The notes below the pieces were generated by a model. That model was not told the DNA's origin. It saw nothing but the letters and a program-made list of their open reading frames with translations, and made no database searches. Shown in pieces: positions 1 to 14,300 of a stretch of 64,000 nt of DNA. Position 1 is the first letter of the stretch; every line of letters starts with the position of its first letter. Origin of the DNA: Phyllobates terribilis (Eukaryota); contig NW_027362761.1 in the NCBI RefSeq assembly GCF_046119375.1, positions 1,154,192,001 to 1,154,256,000 on the forward strand, in the 5' to 3' direction. The position numbers and the translations under genes are program-made.

Positions 1-1082
1 TCGTTGATTGGTCGCGGACTTGGCCCGCGACCAATCACTGATCTTGCGGCCAAAGTTAAACACTACTGTGCTGATTGGTCGCGGACGCTGCCCGCGACCA
101 ATCACCGATTTGGGCGCCAAATTTAAATATCGGCCGCGACCAATCACCGATCTTGGCTCCACATTTAAACACCGCTGTGCTGATTGGTCGCGGCCGATAT
201 TTAAATTTGGCGCCCAAATAGGTGATTGGTCACGGGCAGCGCCAGCGACCAATCAGCGATTTTTAACACAAATGTCCGGACCTTTGTAACACCATGCGGA
301 TACTGTGGGGACATCAGCGGCTAGGGTGTGAAGGGAGGACCGGGGAGCGGCGCTGCGGGTCGGGATACTTCTGCTGCGAGCGCCCGCTCATGTCCCTGGT
401 TCTTGCAGCAGAAGTATCCGGACAGGCAGAGGCGCTGACATCCAATTGGTCGCGGACGCTATTTAAAATTGCCGCATAAATCGGTGATTGGTCGCTGTCT
501 TGGCCCGCGACCAATGACTGATCTTGGCGCCAAAGTTAAACACTATTGTGCTGATTGGTCGCGGACGCTGACCGCGACCAATCATCGAATCGTCTTGGGG
601 AGGACCGGGGAGTGGCGCTGCCTGTGCGGATACTTCCGCTGCGAGAACCCGGGACATAGCGGGCGCTCGGAGCAGAAGTATCCCGACCCGCAGCGCCGCT
701 CCCCGGTCCTCCCTTCCGCATGGAGGTCAGCGGCGCAGGCGGTCCTTCCGCTGCTACCGGCCGGGAGATGAGCGCCTCTCGCCGCTCATCTCCCGGCTGC
801 ATCTCCGTCGCGCAGATGGGTCCGGCGGTCGGGTTCCTTCTGCTGTTGCCGGCCGGGAGATGAGCGCCTCGCGCCGGTCATCTCCCGGCTGCATCGCCGC
901 TCAGCTCCGTCCCGCAGATGAGCCGCTAACGGCCGCCATCTTTTTTTAGAAATCCCCCGGCGCTGATTGACCGCTGCCGGACCAATGAGCGACGCGGGAT
1001 TTCCTGGACAGACAGACACACAGACACACACACAGACAGACAGACAGACAGACAGACGGGATAAGATGATTATATATATAGA
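1..1082 (-). mobile_element. Non-autonomous Helitron, 5' part (continues beyond window start), filled with CCAAT-rich satellite
   Basis: Minus strand starts A|TCTATATATATAATC at 1082 followed by (GTCT)n; closely similar to 53221-54535, the 5' part of the complete copy at 50811-54535. Confidence 0.8.
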
Positions 1083-1129
1083 TAGTAGTTACATGACCCC
1101 AATAAAGTACAGTGAAACATGTTTTGAGA

Positions 1130-2432
1130 CAACCATCCATAATTGCATTAACACCCAGAAACTTATAAAGAATTTGCAGTCTTTATTTTCCCCAATCTCC
1201 TTCCTCTCATGTCCTGACTCCTTTGAAACACTATAATGAAACACTGCAAAGTGCCCTGGATGAAGCTGCACCTCCTACACTTAGAGCAGCCCGGCACAGA
1301 TGGTGGCAACCACGTTTTCTCCAGCAGTGCTCCAGGTGCGCCGAACGTCTTGGAAGAAAATTTAATCTGGCAGAAGATTTCATCCATTATAAGTTTAGGC
1401 TTAAAACATACGACTCTGCTCTGCCTCTCTGCAAACAAGCCTACTTTACCGCCCTCATCATCTCCCTATCCACCAATCCCAAGCTAATCTTTCACACTTT
1501 TCTTTCCTTCCTTAGTCCAAGAGCGCAGGAACCAATCACCAAACTCAGCTCTGACAATCTGTGCAGTTATTTCAAAGAAAAAAATCACCATATCGTAAAT
1601 TTTCTCCCAATACCCTAATATTATGCATTCTCTTTCCTCTTGCACTTCATCTAACTCCCTTTCTGTCTTCGAATTGGTCATAGAAGGAGAAGTTACCAGG
1701 CTTCTCGCATCTTCTCACCATGCTACCTGCAACATCTCCTTTAGTCCCTTTCCCCAGCTGTCACCACTATCACCACTCGCCAAACTAAAATATTTAATCT
1801 CTCTCTCATCTGGTATCTTTCCCTCCTCCTGCAAGCACGCCATCATACATTCATTACTAAAAAAAATCAATCCTCGACCAGAACTGTGCTGCTAACTACA
1901 GACCTGTCTCTAATCTCCCCTTAATTTCTAAACTTCTGGAACACTTTGTCCACTTCCATCTAATCCGCTATCTCTCAAATAACACTGTTCTATCTTGACC
2001 CTCTACAATCCGGTTTCTGTTCTTTACACTGTACTGAAACTGCTCTTACTAAAATCTCTAGTGATCTAGTAACAACTAAATCTAATGGTCACTACTCCCT
2101 GCTGATTCTCCTGGATCTCTCAGCAGCATTAGACACTGTGGATCACCAGCTCCTCCTCACTATGCTCTGCTCTTTCTAGATCAAGGATACTGCTCTTGCT
2201 TGGTTTTCCTCCTATCTCTCAAACCGCTCCTTCACTGTATCTTTTGCTGCATCCTTTTTTTCTCCTCTTTCCAATACTGTCAGAGTTGCTCAGGTTTCAG
2301 ATTTGGTTTTCAGTACCATCTTTATGCTGATGACACCCAATTATACATATCATCTCCTAACATCACCCCTGCATTACTACAAAATACCAGTGACTGTCTG
2401 TCCATTGTCTCTAATATCATGTCATCTCTCTA
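1130..2432 (+). mobile_element. L2-clade LINE ORF2 fragment (RT region), degenerate, part 1
   Basis: Broken frames give [45 protein letters not shown] and [10 protein letters not shown]; interrupted at 2433. Confidence 0.9.
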
Positions 2433-3084
2433 CAGGGTCGGTCTGGCCTGGCGGGAAATCAGGAAATTTCCCGGTGGGCCCCGACATGAGAGAGAGAATT
2501 GGTGGCGGGGGCCCTTTAAAAGTGTGAGCCTTTTAAAAGCGCGGCTGAATCAAATGTAGCGTCGCGCGCACGGTACATTCATTGGTGACAGCGGGCCTGC
2601 GGTGACGTGCATGCAGCATACTTACCACGTGACTCTCTGACACTAAGAGGATGGATTCTGTGGCAGACTGTGGTGTCAGGTGACATTGAAGGTGCTCTCG
2701 TCTGGCCTCTGATACGCCGCGGCCGCGCTCTGCAGTGCTCTCTCTCTGCTCCGGGGCCGTCCTATGATACGCCGGAGCCACAGAACCCGACGTCTCGCTC
2801 TGCTCTCCCTGCTCCAGGGCTTCTCATACAGTTCCATCCCGGCTCCATATCTGTTCTGGCCTGCTCCCATGTAGTAATACCGGCTCCCGACCAGGTGGTG
2901 GCACCGGAGCACCGCCCCCTTCTCTCCTGCTCTGACTCTGGGCTTTTTAATACCGGCTCCGGGGCTGGATATGTGGAATGTGGCCTGGCCTGGAATTGGA
3001 AACAAGGCTGCAGGCCTACAGCTCTCACTGCTTCAATTTCATGTCAAGAGCACCGTGCCAAATTTTTATGAGTGAGTTATATGG

Positions 3085-3381
3085 GTGTGTGTGTGTGTGT
3101 GTGTGTGTAAATATATATATATATATATATGACTGTGTGTGTGTATATGCATGTGTGTACAGTTTGTGTATATGCCTGCATGTGTGTGTATGCCTGCATG
3201 CGCGTGTGTGTATATGCCTGCATACATGCGTGTGTGTGTATATGCCTGCATACATGCATGTGTGTGTATATGCCTGCATACATGCATGTATGTGTATATG
3301 CCTGCATACAAGCTTGTGTGTATGTATATATGCCTGCATACATGCGTGTGTGTGTGTATATATGCCTGCATGCGTGTGTGT
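3085..3381. repeat. (TG)n/(TA)n and TATGCCTGCA(TA/TG)-type microsatellite; continues at 4720-5028 past the solo LTR
   Basis: Direct reading; runs into the N gap. Confidence 0.9.
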
Positions 3382-3513
3382 NNNNNNNNNNNNNNNNNNN
3401 NNNNNNNNNNNNNNNNNNNNNNNNNNNNNNNNNNNNNNNNNNNNNNNNNNNNNNNNNNNNNNNNNNNNNNNNNNNNNNNNNNNNNNNNNNNNNNNNNNNN
3501 NNNNNNNNNNNNN
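3382..3513. other. Assembly gap (132 N)
   Basis: Run of N. Confidence 1.
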
Positions 3514-4719
3514 CGCCCCCTGGGCCATATTCTTTAGTGGGAATATCCGGAGCCGGATCAGATGGGGGTTGTAGTCTTCCGAGTGGCTGTGACCCGGTCC
3601 GTGCCCAGGGTGTCAAACTCAGTTGTATGTGGCAGTCCTTACTGATGTTACTAAAGTTCTTTATGTCGACTACGCCACCCGTTGTATTGCGGTCACTATG
3701 GCCGCCGCTGCAGCAGGGTCCGCTGAGGCTGATGGTGTAGGTGCAGCTTGTGATGGTATAACCCCCAACGGTTGGGGTATAGCCTCAGGGGGTCAGGTGC
3801 AGAGGATGGGGGTTGTGGTGGTGCAGCGTAGATGTAAAATGAAGACAGAGTCGGGTTGTGCAGTTTAGGGTATTTACTCACTGCTGATGTTCCGGTCACT
3901 CCAGCTTCAAGTGACCACCCGAGCCGTGCTGCGTCCACCAGGTCCTGGATCCAGCCAACCCCCCAAACAAGTCCGGAGCGTGACCCTGAGCTCTCCTTCT
4001 GTCCTTTCCTCTGGCCGTCCCCACTAGTGATCCACCTAGGTCCAGCTCCCTCGGGCCTTCTGTTGGGAGACCCTTGGCCTTGGGTTCCCTGACCCTCCAC
4101 GTGGTATGCCTTCGGGGTGGATGTGGTGGGTGGCCGTGGCAGACACTGCCCACGGCCTCCGGTCTCTGGCTAGGGTGTGCTTTTGCCCCCACCAGCTTGG
4201 GATCCGGTACCCTTTTGCCAACTCTTCACCCGCTGATGGACTTTGGGTTCTCAGAGTTCCTTTTCTGTTTCCCCCTCTGGGTCTTTCTGGCTTTCTCCTC
4301 TCTCTCTCTCTGGGGCTGCTCTGCTCCTCTTCCTCTGACTTCTCACAGACTGACTGACTCCTCTGCAAAGACTGACCCTGTTCTTTGATGGTGCCCACCT
4401 TATATACACCCTCTATGTGTGAGCTCAGGTGACCAGCACCCAATGAGCTCCTATCTTTACCCAGGCTGCTCCCCCTATCTGCCCCTACACTACTTGGGAT
4501 GTTCCACCCCCCTCCCACTCCAGCCAGGAACAGACTCGGTCGTACCTGCACATTTCTAAGTGGGAGTACCGTCGGTCTGTTCCCCGGAAATGGGATGTAT
4601 GTAGTGCATGCAGCCTACCGAGCTCAGATCCACACTCCATCCTTACCCGGGAGTGGAATATCACACCTCTGGGTTGAGGTGCAATACCCCTGTAGCAGCC
4701 GAATCCTCAGGGTGCTACA
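3514..4719 (-). mobile_element. Solo LTR of the same family as 19840-21058; last few bases hidden in gap
   Basis: Reverse complement starts TGTAGCACCCTGAGGATTCGGCTGCTACAGGGG and ends ...CCCAGGGGGCG; collinear with the CSD-element LTR. Confidence 0.9.
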
Positions 4720-5031
4720 TATATACATGCATGTGTGTACAGTGTGTGTGTATATGCATGCATGTGTGTGTACAGTGTGTGTGTATATGCCTGCATGCAT
4801 GTGTGTACTGTATATGCCTGCATGTGTTTGTGTGTATGTATTTGAGTGCCTGCATGTCTACATGTGTATATGTGTCTTCACACGTGTGTGTGCTTCCCTG
4901 CGTGTCTGCATTTTTGTGTGCGATTGTCTGAGTGTGTCTGAGCATGACTGCGTGTGCATTTCTGTGTGTGTTTGCCTGCGTGTGCACGTGTCCCTATTTC
5001 TGTGAGTATGTGTATCTGCGTGTGTATATTA

Positions 5032-5789
5032 GGGCTCTTTCACATGTCCTGATATTTACGGGACTGGAGATATCCGTGTCCACCTGTGTGTTATCCGTGT
5101 GACACGTATCGGCGCTTGGGAATCAGTGTACAGTTAGCGCTGTTCCCAAGAGCCGGGTGCTGAGTGCTGCCCTCATCATAGATCCCTGCCGGTGCTGCGA
5201 TCAGCAGCAGCAGGGTCAATGATGAGAGTAGTAGTCTACTCCCTCCGTGTCCAACTGTAAAAATAGGAATAAAATAAAAGAATCCTTATACTCACCTCTC
5301 CTAAGCGTCACCCGCTGTAATTCGTGTGAGCGCTCACTCCGAGGAGAATGACTCCTGCAGCGAGCGGGCCCCGGAGCTGCGCTCAGTGATTGACAGGGCA
5401 CCCCTTGTTGAGTGCAGCTCCGGGGCCCACTCGCTGCAGGAGTCGTTCTCCTCGGCGTGAGCGCTTGCACGGATTACAGCGGGTGATGCTTAGGAGAGGT
5501 GAGTATAAGGATTTTTTTATTTTATTCCTATTTTTACAGTTCTACACGGCGGGAGTAGACTACTACTCTCATCATTGACTCTGCTGCTGCTGATCACAGC
5601 GCCGGCAGGGATCTATGATGAGAGCAGCGTTCAGCACCCGGTGCTTGGGAAGAGCGCTGTCATCAGTGTGCAGAACGTTTTGCGGGAGGTGCAGCAGGTA
5701 AAAACATTCATTTGAATGGGTCTGCGTGTACCAATGTCTCTGGTACGTGTGGAAACTGTCACCGCATGTACTGACGTGTGAAAGAGCCC
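5032..5789. mobile_element. PIF/Harbinger-type MITE with long internal palindrome
   Basis: TIRs GGGCTCTTTCACATGTC / GACGTGTGAAAGAGCCC, TTA on both sides; ~5150-5385 is the inverted copy of ~5408-5645. Confidence 0.8.
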
Positions 5790-6769
5790 TTAGTATGTGT
5801 CTGTGTGCGCTTGTTTTCGTGTGTGTAAGAGCGCTTCTGCATGTCTGTGTGGTCTTCCGAAGATTTATTATATTTGGGGAGAGAGGGGAGAGAAATTTTA
5901 GGAGACAGAATGGGGAGATGTGTGAAGAAACAGTATGGTGAACCAGAGGAGGGGTGGGAATGAGTGCAGGAGCAGAATGGGGAAGGGGGATGTGTGAGGA
6001 AACAGTATGAAGAGTGGGGGAATAGTGTGAGGAGACAGTATGGAGGGAGAAAAATGTGAGGTGACACAGCACAGAGACTAGGTAGTGTGGGGGAAGGTAT
6101 AGAGATGCGGCAGTATGGGGGAAACAGTGTGAGGGCACAGAAAGGGGGGAACAGTATGCTGAGGAGGGGGGAGTGTGATGAAGGGGCACAGTATAGAGAC
6201 TGGGCAGTATAGGGGGGACACAGTGTGAGAGGACAATGTGAAGAGGGGGCCCAGTATGGTAAGGAGAGGACAGTGTGGAGAGCAGGTACCATAAGAGGGG
6301 TAGAGTGTATGTCATGTTTTGTGCAGGGAGCATTGTAAGAGTTAGGTTTATTCAGGGGCTCAGTGTAGATATTTTTATTCAGGAGCATTATAATGACTCT
6401 GCTATCTTTAAGGGCATCGTGTCGGGATGTGCTGCAGAAGACCGGAGAAGATGGAAGTCTGCTGAGATGAGCTGTGGATAAGAAAAGTCATCATGGAGTC
6501 TGGACAAGAGGAAGAAAAGAAAGAGAACAACTCTAATCAGAGAAGACGTCTCAGGTAAGATACCTGGATGTAAATGTTCATTTGTGATCCTGCCTGTGTC
6601 TCATCAGTACTGTGGTTCCTGTATGGTCCGCAGTCTGATGATGACTGATAACTTCCAGTATCTCTATTGTTAATTACATACTGGGAGTTGTAGGTTTATG
6701 TGATAGAAAGATATATGGGGCTGACCTGACATTACAAATGATGGTGGTTCAGATGATGTATTCATGTAC

Positions 6770-7175
6770 TGATGTGTTTGTGCACATCTGCGTGTTTGTG
6801 CGCCTCTGCGTGTTTGTGCGCGTCTGCGTGTTTGTGCGCGTCTGCGTGTTTGTGCGCGTCTGCGTGTTTGTGCGCGTCTGTGTGTTTCTGCGCGTCTGTG
6901 TGTTTGTGCGCGTCTGCGTGTTTGTGCGCGTCTGTGTGTTTCTGCGCGTCTGTGTGTTTGTGCGTGTCTGATGTGTTTGTGCACATCTGCGTGTTTGTGC
7001 GCCTCTGCGTGTTTGTGCGCGTCTGCGTGTTTGTGCGCGTCTGTGTGTTTCTGCGCGTCTGTGTGTTTGTGCGCTTCTGCGTGTTTGTGCGCATCTGCGT
7101 GTTTGTGCGCCTCTGCGTGTTTGTGCGCGTCTGCGTATTTCTGCGCGTCGGCGTGTTTGTGCGCGTCTGCGTATC
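6770..7175. repeat. 18-bp minisatellite (TCTGCGTGTTTGTGCGCG)n
   Basis: Direct reading; explains the six-frame hexapeptide-repeat ORFs. Confidence 0.95.
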
Positions 7176-7787
7176 TGTAATAATATGTATTTTTGTAAGA
7201 TGCGTGTATGTAACTGTGCATTGTGGTGTGTAATAACATTCATATGCTTGAGGCACCTTTACTAAATCTATTAGGTCTCTTTCACATGTGTTAGGGAATT
7301 CCATTTGTCTTTCCACATTTAGGAACAGACAAGTGAAATTTGCTAACCTTGTCATAACTGTCACCATTGGGATGTGCTTGTATGGAGCGGGTTCAGGAGC
7401 TGAGCCTGCTCCATACCAGGCAGATGTCGGCTGTGTTACATAGCCGGAGTCTGCATGTAACAGCTGTGATCAGATCTCGCCTTGATTGCTGCTGTTTTGA
7501 GTATTTAAGTGCCCTTGTCAATCACTGACAGCGGCATTTAGATAGCACGATGGCCGGTGCATGCAGTCACCTGTTCCCTTCAGCCCCCTGTGACGCAGTT
7601 GCAGGTTGCTGATGGGTTGCCAGTAGTGCTGAGTGAGCGTGGTCAGATAAGAGACATTACAGTCACCGTGAACTACAAAGTGAGCGTGCTGCAATAACTT
7701 CCGGCACCTTGATTGCGACACTTCCATGGAGCCCAACCTCAGGCTGAGCTTCATTGAATGACTAACATGGCAGCAGCACCTGTCAAC

Positions 7788-8089
7788 TAGTGCTGAGTGA
7801 GTGTGGTCGGATAAGGTGTGACCCCAGCATGCTTGGGTGTTATCCGAGTATCTTGTAGTGCTCTGCTAATATGCTCGAGTCCCTGCGGTAACATGTTTTG
7901 CGGCGGTAGACAGAAGCAACACATGCAGGGATTACCTAACAAACCGGCAATTCCTGCATGTGTTGCGTCTGTCTACCGCCGCAAAACATGCTACCCTGGG
8001 GATTCAAGCATAGTAGCACTACAAGATACTGGGATAACACCCGAGCATGCTGGGATCACACCTTATCCGACCACGCTCGCTCAGCACTA
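7788..8089. mobile_element. hAT MITE (TAGTGCTGAGCGAG-type TIR), centre of a larger palindrome 7651-8226
   Basis: TAGTGCTGAGTGAG...CTCGCTCAGCACTA; flanks are inverted copies rather than a direct TSD. Confidence 0.75.
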
Positions 8090-8602
8090 GTTGCCAGGTG
8101 CTGCTGCCATGTTAGTCATTCAATGAAGCTCAGCCTGAGGTTGGGCTCCATGGAAGTGTCACAATCAAGGTGCCGGACGTTATTGCAGCACGCTCACTTT
8201 GTAGTTTGCGGTGACTGTAATGTCTCCCTCCTTGCACCGATCCTATGACAGGAAGCAAGTGGCAGTAGGGAGAATAAAATGTAATTTTCTCCGTGTAGCC
8301 AATGCTTTTCCAATAAGCCGTCTAACCAGGCTTTAAACCCTATTTACCTGCAGATTACCCCTATATCTGCAGATAAATAGCGTTTTTCAAGGTGACAAGT
8401 TACCATTAAAGGGACTCTGGCAGTACGGAATGACTGTCCGAAGAAAGTCCTGCCGCTCAGTGCTTCACAGCGTGGCCAATCATGTAACTATAGTGCATTA
8501 TAGAAATGCATAACAAGTAATAAAACCGTTTATGGTGGGCTGTAGTGTGGGCCCCTAGAATCAGTTCTCCTGGTGGGCCCTAGGCACCCCAGTCCGACCC
8601 TG

Positions 8603-9190
8603 TCTCTCTATCTAAAACTGAATCTGTTGAAAACTGAACTCCTTGTGTTTCCTCCCTCTACTTACCTTCCCAAACCCAAATATTGCCATTTCCATGTGGG
8701 GTTCTACCATTACTCCCATGCAGTATGCCCACTGTCTTGGGGTTATATTTAACTCATATCTTTCCTTCACTCCCTATATCTGATCACTCACTCGCTTATG
8801 TCACCTACACCTCAAAAACATCTCTAAAATTCGACCTTTTCTTACCCTTGACTCTGCTAAAACTTTTACTATTGCTCTTATTCATCCTTATCTGGACTAT
8901 TGCTACTCTTTACTACCGTTTACTGAACTCTCCCCCCATTCAATCCATCCAAAAAGCAGTATCCAGGATCATATTTTTCTCCAACTGCTATACCAATGCC
9001 TCTACCCTGTGCCAGTCATTGCACTGGTTGCCAATCCACTACAGAGTCCAATATAAACTTATCTCTCTCACCCATTAAGCTCTCCACAGTTCCCCACCAC
9101 CCTACATCTCCTCCCTCGTTTCAGTCTATCACCTTACCCATGCCCTCCATTCCGCTAATTAACTAAGACTAACATCTTCAATAATCCAAA
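8603..9190 (+). mobile_element. L2 LINE ORF2 C-terminal fragment, part 2
   Basis: LKLNLLKTELLVFP, LHWLPIHYRVQYKLISLTH, typical of L2 C-termini. Confidence 0.85.
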
Positions 9191-9375
9191 CTTTTTTGTA
9201 AATTTATGAAGCTGGAATCCACCCTTTCTTCTAGGAAGAGCTTGTGTGGTTTATTGCTTTTATCTACTCTGATATCTACAAAACAAATGCGCACCAAAAG
9301 TCATCACTATTTTCAGCAAGCAAACTGGTATAGAAGCCTTGATAAATTCTACTCGTAAGTTTATACTGTCTAAAT

Positions 9376-9549
9376 CAGTATTCCACAACTACAGTTCTCA
9401 AGAGCCACCAACAGGCCATGCTTTCAGGATTTCCTTAGTATTACCCAGGTGATAATTACATCACCTGCACAGGCAATAATTCCATCACCTGGGCAATATT
9501 AAAGAAATCCCGAAAACATGACCTTGAGGACTAGAGTTGGGGAACACTG
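9376..9549. mobile_element. 174-bp hAT MITE (also copied, inverted, within 14683-15431)
   Basis: Imperfect TIRs CAGTATTCCACAACT / AGTTGGGGAACACTG; perfect 8-bp TSD GTCTAAAT (9368-9375, 9550-9557). Confidence 0.85.
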
Positions 9550-10589
9550 GTCTAAATCTTTGAGATAATTGGTAAATCTTCCCCATAATTTAGATCAGGC
9601 ATGTTACTAATTTCATATAAGCACTAATTCTAGAGGATCTCTACACACTTTCTGATTCCTCTTTATTTTATTATATTAATAGCTATTAATATATTATTTT
9701 CCCTAGTTCAATACCTGTATTTTCCCTTTAACTGGCCTGGAAACTTTGCATTCACTGAAGCAGTAAAGTCTGTTGCGCTCCAGCATCATAAACAATGGTC
9801 TAGTATTATTAAGGTATGTTGACATTGTTTTATATGCTTAAAGAATATTGGTCAGCCAAAGTTATTTCGCCTCCGGACAACCATTTTTTAGGTCAAAAAC
9901 AAAGACTTTTTCATAACTGAAACTTTGTGTATATATATTTCATTTCAAATACATATGGCAAAAACAATACTGTTGGGGTTATGAGTTATCGATTTTGAGC
10001 TAAATGTCATTTTTCAAAGTCATTATTGACTGGAAATGTCAGCAACACAGAGAAGGCAACTTCTGTTTATGGAGAGTTTTGTTAGGTTCACATTGTTATA
10101 GAGAGAGAGGCATTTATTGATTGCAATCTGCTGAACTGGATGATAGTATGCAACAGCCTATAACACGTCCCTTTATAGAATTTGTTTAACCACACAATGT
10201 AAAAGAGGAAAATCAATGCTGGTCCTACCTTGGTATAATGCAACCTTTGAAGTATTGAGTTTTCGCTCAATTTTATTTGCAGTAAAAATGTCTTATATGG
10301 TATATGTTACCGTCTCTTTGGAGTAATCATGAGACCAGAAGGTGTCATTACAGCTATTATCCATATTTTATGTATGATTATTACATGTCTATTTGGGTTT
10401 CAGTTAAAGAGTAACATAACCTTTCCATTTAAATTTTTTCATTTTTATGCTGAAAATGTAATTTTCATTAATATCGTCAGGGCTGTCATCAGGGCATTAC
10501 TGTTCTTACTGCTGTATGGGGCCTGGTGAACAATAGTAAAGAGCGGGGGCCCAGACCCAATCCAGGGCCCCCTTACTCTTGTGCTTCTG

Positions 10590-11636
10590 TGCCGTTGTGC
10601 CCCCACCGGCGGGTGTATATCTCGACGCAGGGAACCTTGGGTTGGCCCTCTGCTAGGCAGGGACGCTATTCCCCTCACCTCTCTGCTCCTAGCCCGGCGT
10701 CCTCCTCCCGCTCTGCTGGCAGCGCGCGCTCCTTCCCGGCCGCTGTGCTTAGGGCGCGCGCGCGCTCCCTCCCTCTTAAAGGGGCCGCGCGCGCCGTCCT
10801 AAGGAGTCCCCGGCCAATGGCCGGAGGACTTCACCATATATAAGGCACCTCCTCCAAAATGGAGGTGCCCGAGCAATGTTGTTGCACTGTTCACTACTCT
10901 GCTTCAGCCCTCAGGTCCCGTTGCCAGTTACCTGCCAGTTTGCTGTCTGATTCCTGCCTGATATTCTACTTACCTGCCTGCTAGCCTGAGGTCCGACGGT
11001 CTGCCTACCGACTCCTGTCAGTCTGTCTAAGGACCAGCTTGCCCGCTCACCTGGGAGCGCTCCTCTGCTACCTGCCTGCTAGCCTGAGGTCCGACGGTCT
11101 GCCCTCCAACTCCTGTCAGTCTGTCTATGGACCAGCTTGCCCGCTCACCTGGGAGCGCACATCAGCTACCTGCCTGCTAGCCTACCTGGAGGCTCCGCCG
11201 TCACGTGCTGTGACCACCGGCCATTCCAGAGACTCCTGCCCGCTGACCTGGGAGCGCACACCTGTTACCTGCCTGCTAGCCTACCTGGAGGCTCCGCCGT
11301 CACGTGCTGTGACCACCTACCTTTCCAGAGACTCTCGCTTGCTCACCTGGGAGCACACATCAACCATCTGCCTGCTAGCCTACTGGGAGGCTCTGCCATC
11401 ACAGGTCGTACCTACCCTTTACCCAGAGACTGCCCCGGTCACTTGCCGTGACCTCCTGCCCGTTCATCCAGAGACTGCCCCGGTCACTTGCCGTGACCTC
11501 CAGCCCGTTCACTCAGAGACTGTCCCGGTCACCTGCTGTGACTGCCTGCCCGTCTTCCCTGGTCGCCACCCGCTCCCTTACAAGGACCGCCCCCTTGTAT
11601 AGTAGCTCAGAGGTTCCGCCTCCCAGACCCGTTACA
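10590..11636 (+). mobile_element. Probable 5'-truncated solo LTR with internal tandem repeats
   Basis: GC-rich U3-like block, CCAAT ~10814, TATATAA ~10836, repeated CCTGCCTGCTAGCC units, ends ...CCGTTACA; 5' end and TSD not found. Confidence 0.45.
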
Positions 11637-11647
11637 TACACTATATA

Positions 11648-11957
11648 ATATTAATAATAATAATCTATTTATATAGCGCCAACATATTCCGCAGCGCTTT
11701 ACAATTCAAACAATTTACAGACATCATCCCCATTTGGGCTCACAATCTACATTCCCTATCAGTATGTCTTTGGTGTGTGGGAGGAAACCGAAGAGCCCGG
11801 GGAAAACCCACGCAAACACGGGGAGAACATACAAACCCACGCAAACACGGGGAGAACATACAAACTCCTTGCAGATGTTGTCTTTGGTGGGATTTGAACC
11901 TAGGACCCCAGCCCCACAGGACTGCAGTGATTAACCACTAGGCCACCGTGCTGCCCC
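11648..11957 (-). mobile_element. tRNA-derived SINE (V-SINE-like) with L2-type tail
   Basis: A-box TGGCCTAGTGG, B-box GGTTCAAATCC, tail GTAAAGCGCTGCGGAATATGTTGGCGCTATATAAAT plus (ATT)n; TSD CACTATATA (11639-11647, 11958-11966); ~29-bp internal tandem duplication. Confidence 0.85.
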
Positions 11958-12383
11958 CACTATATACAGAGCTCCTGTGTATAATGTCACTGGTGATCAC
12001 TGTATTACCTGTACACTGACATTATGCACTGCATACTAGCTCCTGTGTACAGTATAATGGCACTTATGGTAATATTAGTATTGTGTTTTTTTATTAATGA
12101 TCAGTATTTTAGTATTTGGTCACTATGTGGTGGTAATATGTGGTCTAATTATTGTTCCTTGTACAGTTGAAACCAGAAGTTTACATACACTATATAAAAA
12201 GACACATATGCATGTTTTTCTCAATATCTGACATGAAATCAGAATAAACCTTTCCCGTTTTAGGTCAATTAGGATTACCATAATTTTCAATATTTGCCAA
12301 ATGCCAGAATAATGAGAGAGAGAGAGAATATTTTAAGGCATTTTTATTACTTACTGCAAAGTCAAAAGTTTACATACATTTCA

Positions 12384-13401
<1,018 letters not shown>

Positions 13402-13909
13402 GATTCTACACAAAGAAGCAGTGTGTTTCAGGTGTGCATTAAAACACATGCACAGGTGTGTCTCTAATTAACTCAGATGTTGCCAAAAAAACAGAAGCTT
13501 CCAAACACATGACATCATCATATGGGCAGTCCAGAATTGTTTAAAGGCATAGTAATCTTAGTGTATGTAAACTTTTGACTTTGCAGTAAGTAATAAAAAT
13601 GCCTTAAAACATTCTCTCCCTTTCATTATTCTGACATTTGGTAAATATTAAAAGATATGGTAATCCTAATTAACCTAAAACGTTGGGTTGGGGAGCTGCA
13701 CGGCTGTCAAAACTGAATGGCCATGCAGCTGAAAGGGAGTCCCTCCTACCCTTCAGTGACACACTGGAGATGGCGCGTACGCAATGATATCATTGCGTAC
13801 TCACCGGCATCAAGCGCAAGGATGCTGCCAGTCTAGAAGTGGAGCTGCTGGGATCGTATAAGAGACTAAGTATGAAAACTTTATTGTTTTTAAGAGAATT
13901 AAATGGTCT

Positions 13910-14300
13910 TGGAGACAGCACATGATGAATTGGCAGTGGGGGGAGCACATGATGAACTGGGAGTGGGGGGAGAGCACATGATGAACGGGGAGTGGGGATA
14001 GCACATCATGAACTTTGGGGGAGTGCAAATAATGAAGAATTGAGGGTGGGGAACAAGGGACAGAAAATAATGATGAATTGAAGGTGGGGTGGGGAGAGCA
14101 AATGATGACTTGAGGGTGGAGGGTGAGAGCAAATGATAATGAATTGAGGCTTGGGGACAACAAGTGATGATAAATTAAGGGTGGGAGACTGCAAATAATG
14201 ATGAATTGGGGTGGGAAAGAGTAAATGATGATGAAGTGGGGGTGGGAGAGAGAGAGGACATGACAAAATGAATTGGGGCGGATGGGGACATGTAAATATA
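13910..14300. repeat. Degenerate G-rich minisatellite (GGGGAGAGCA(C/A)ATGATGAA(T/C)TG-like units)
   Basis: Direct reading. Confidence 0.75.

Larger units (their letters stand above)
2433..8602. mobile_element. Non-autonomous hAT-type DNA transposon (~6.2 kb with nested inserts) splitting the L2 RT
   Basis: TIRs CAGGGTCGGTCTGG / CCAGTCCGACCCTG; perfect 8-bp TSD TCTCTCTA (2425-2432, 8603-8610); L2 frame rejoins across it (IMSSLY|LKLNL). Confidence 0.9.

Noticed and set aside
1-1082. Segmental duplication of the window start at 53.2-54.5 kb
   Set aside because: Similarity stops at the Helitron 5' end and flanks differ (TAGTAG vs TGAATT)
2978-3740. Long Cys/Val/His-rich ORFs (also 4499-5005)
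   Set aside because: Translations of microsatellites and the N gap
6670-7367. Hexapeptide-repeat ORFs in all frames
   Set aside because: Product of a stop-free 18-bp minisatellite
11880-11957. tRNA gene
   Set aside because: A/B boxes belong to a SINE head followed by SINE body, L2-type tail and TSD
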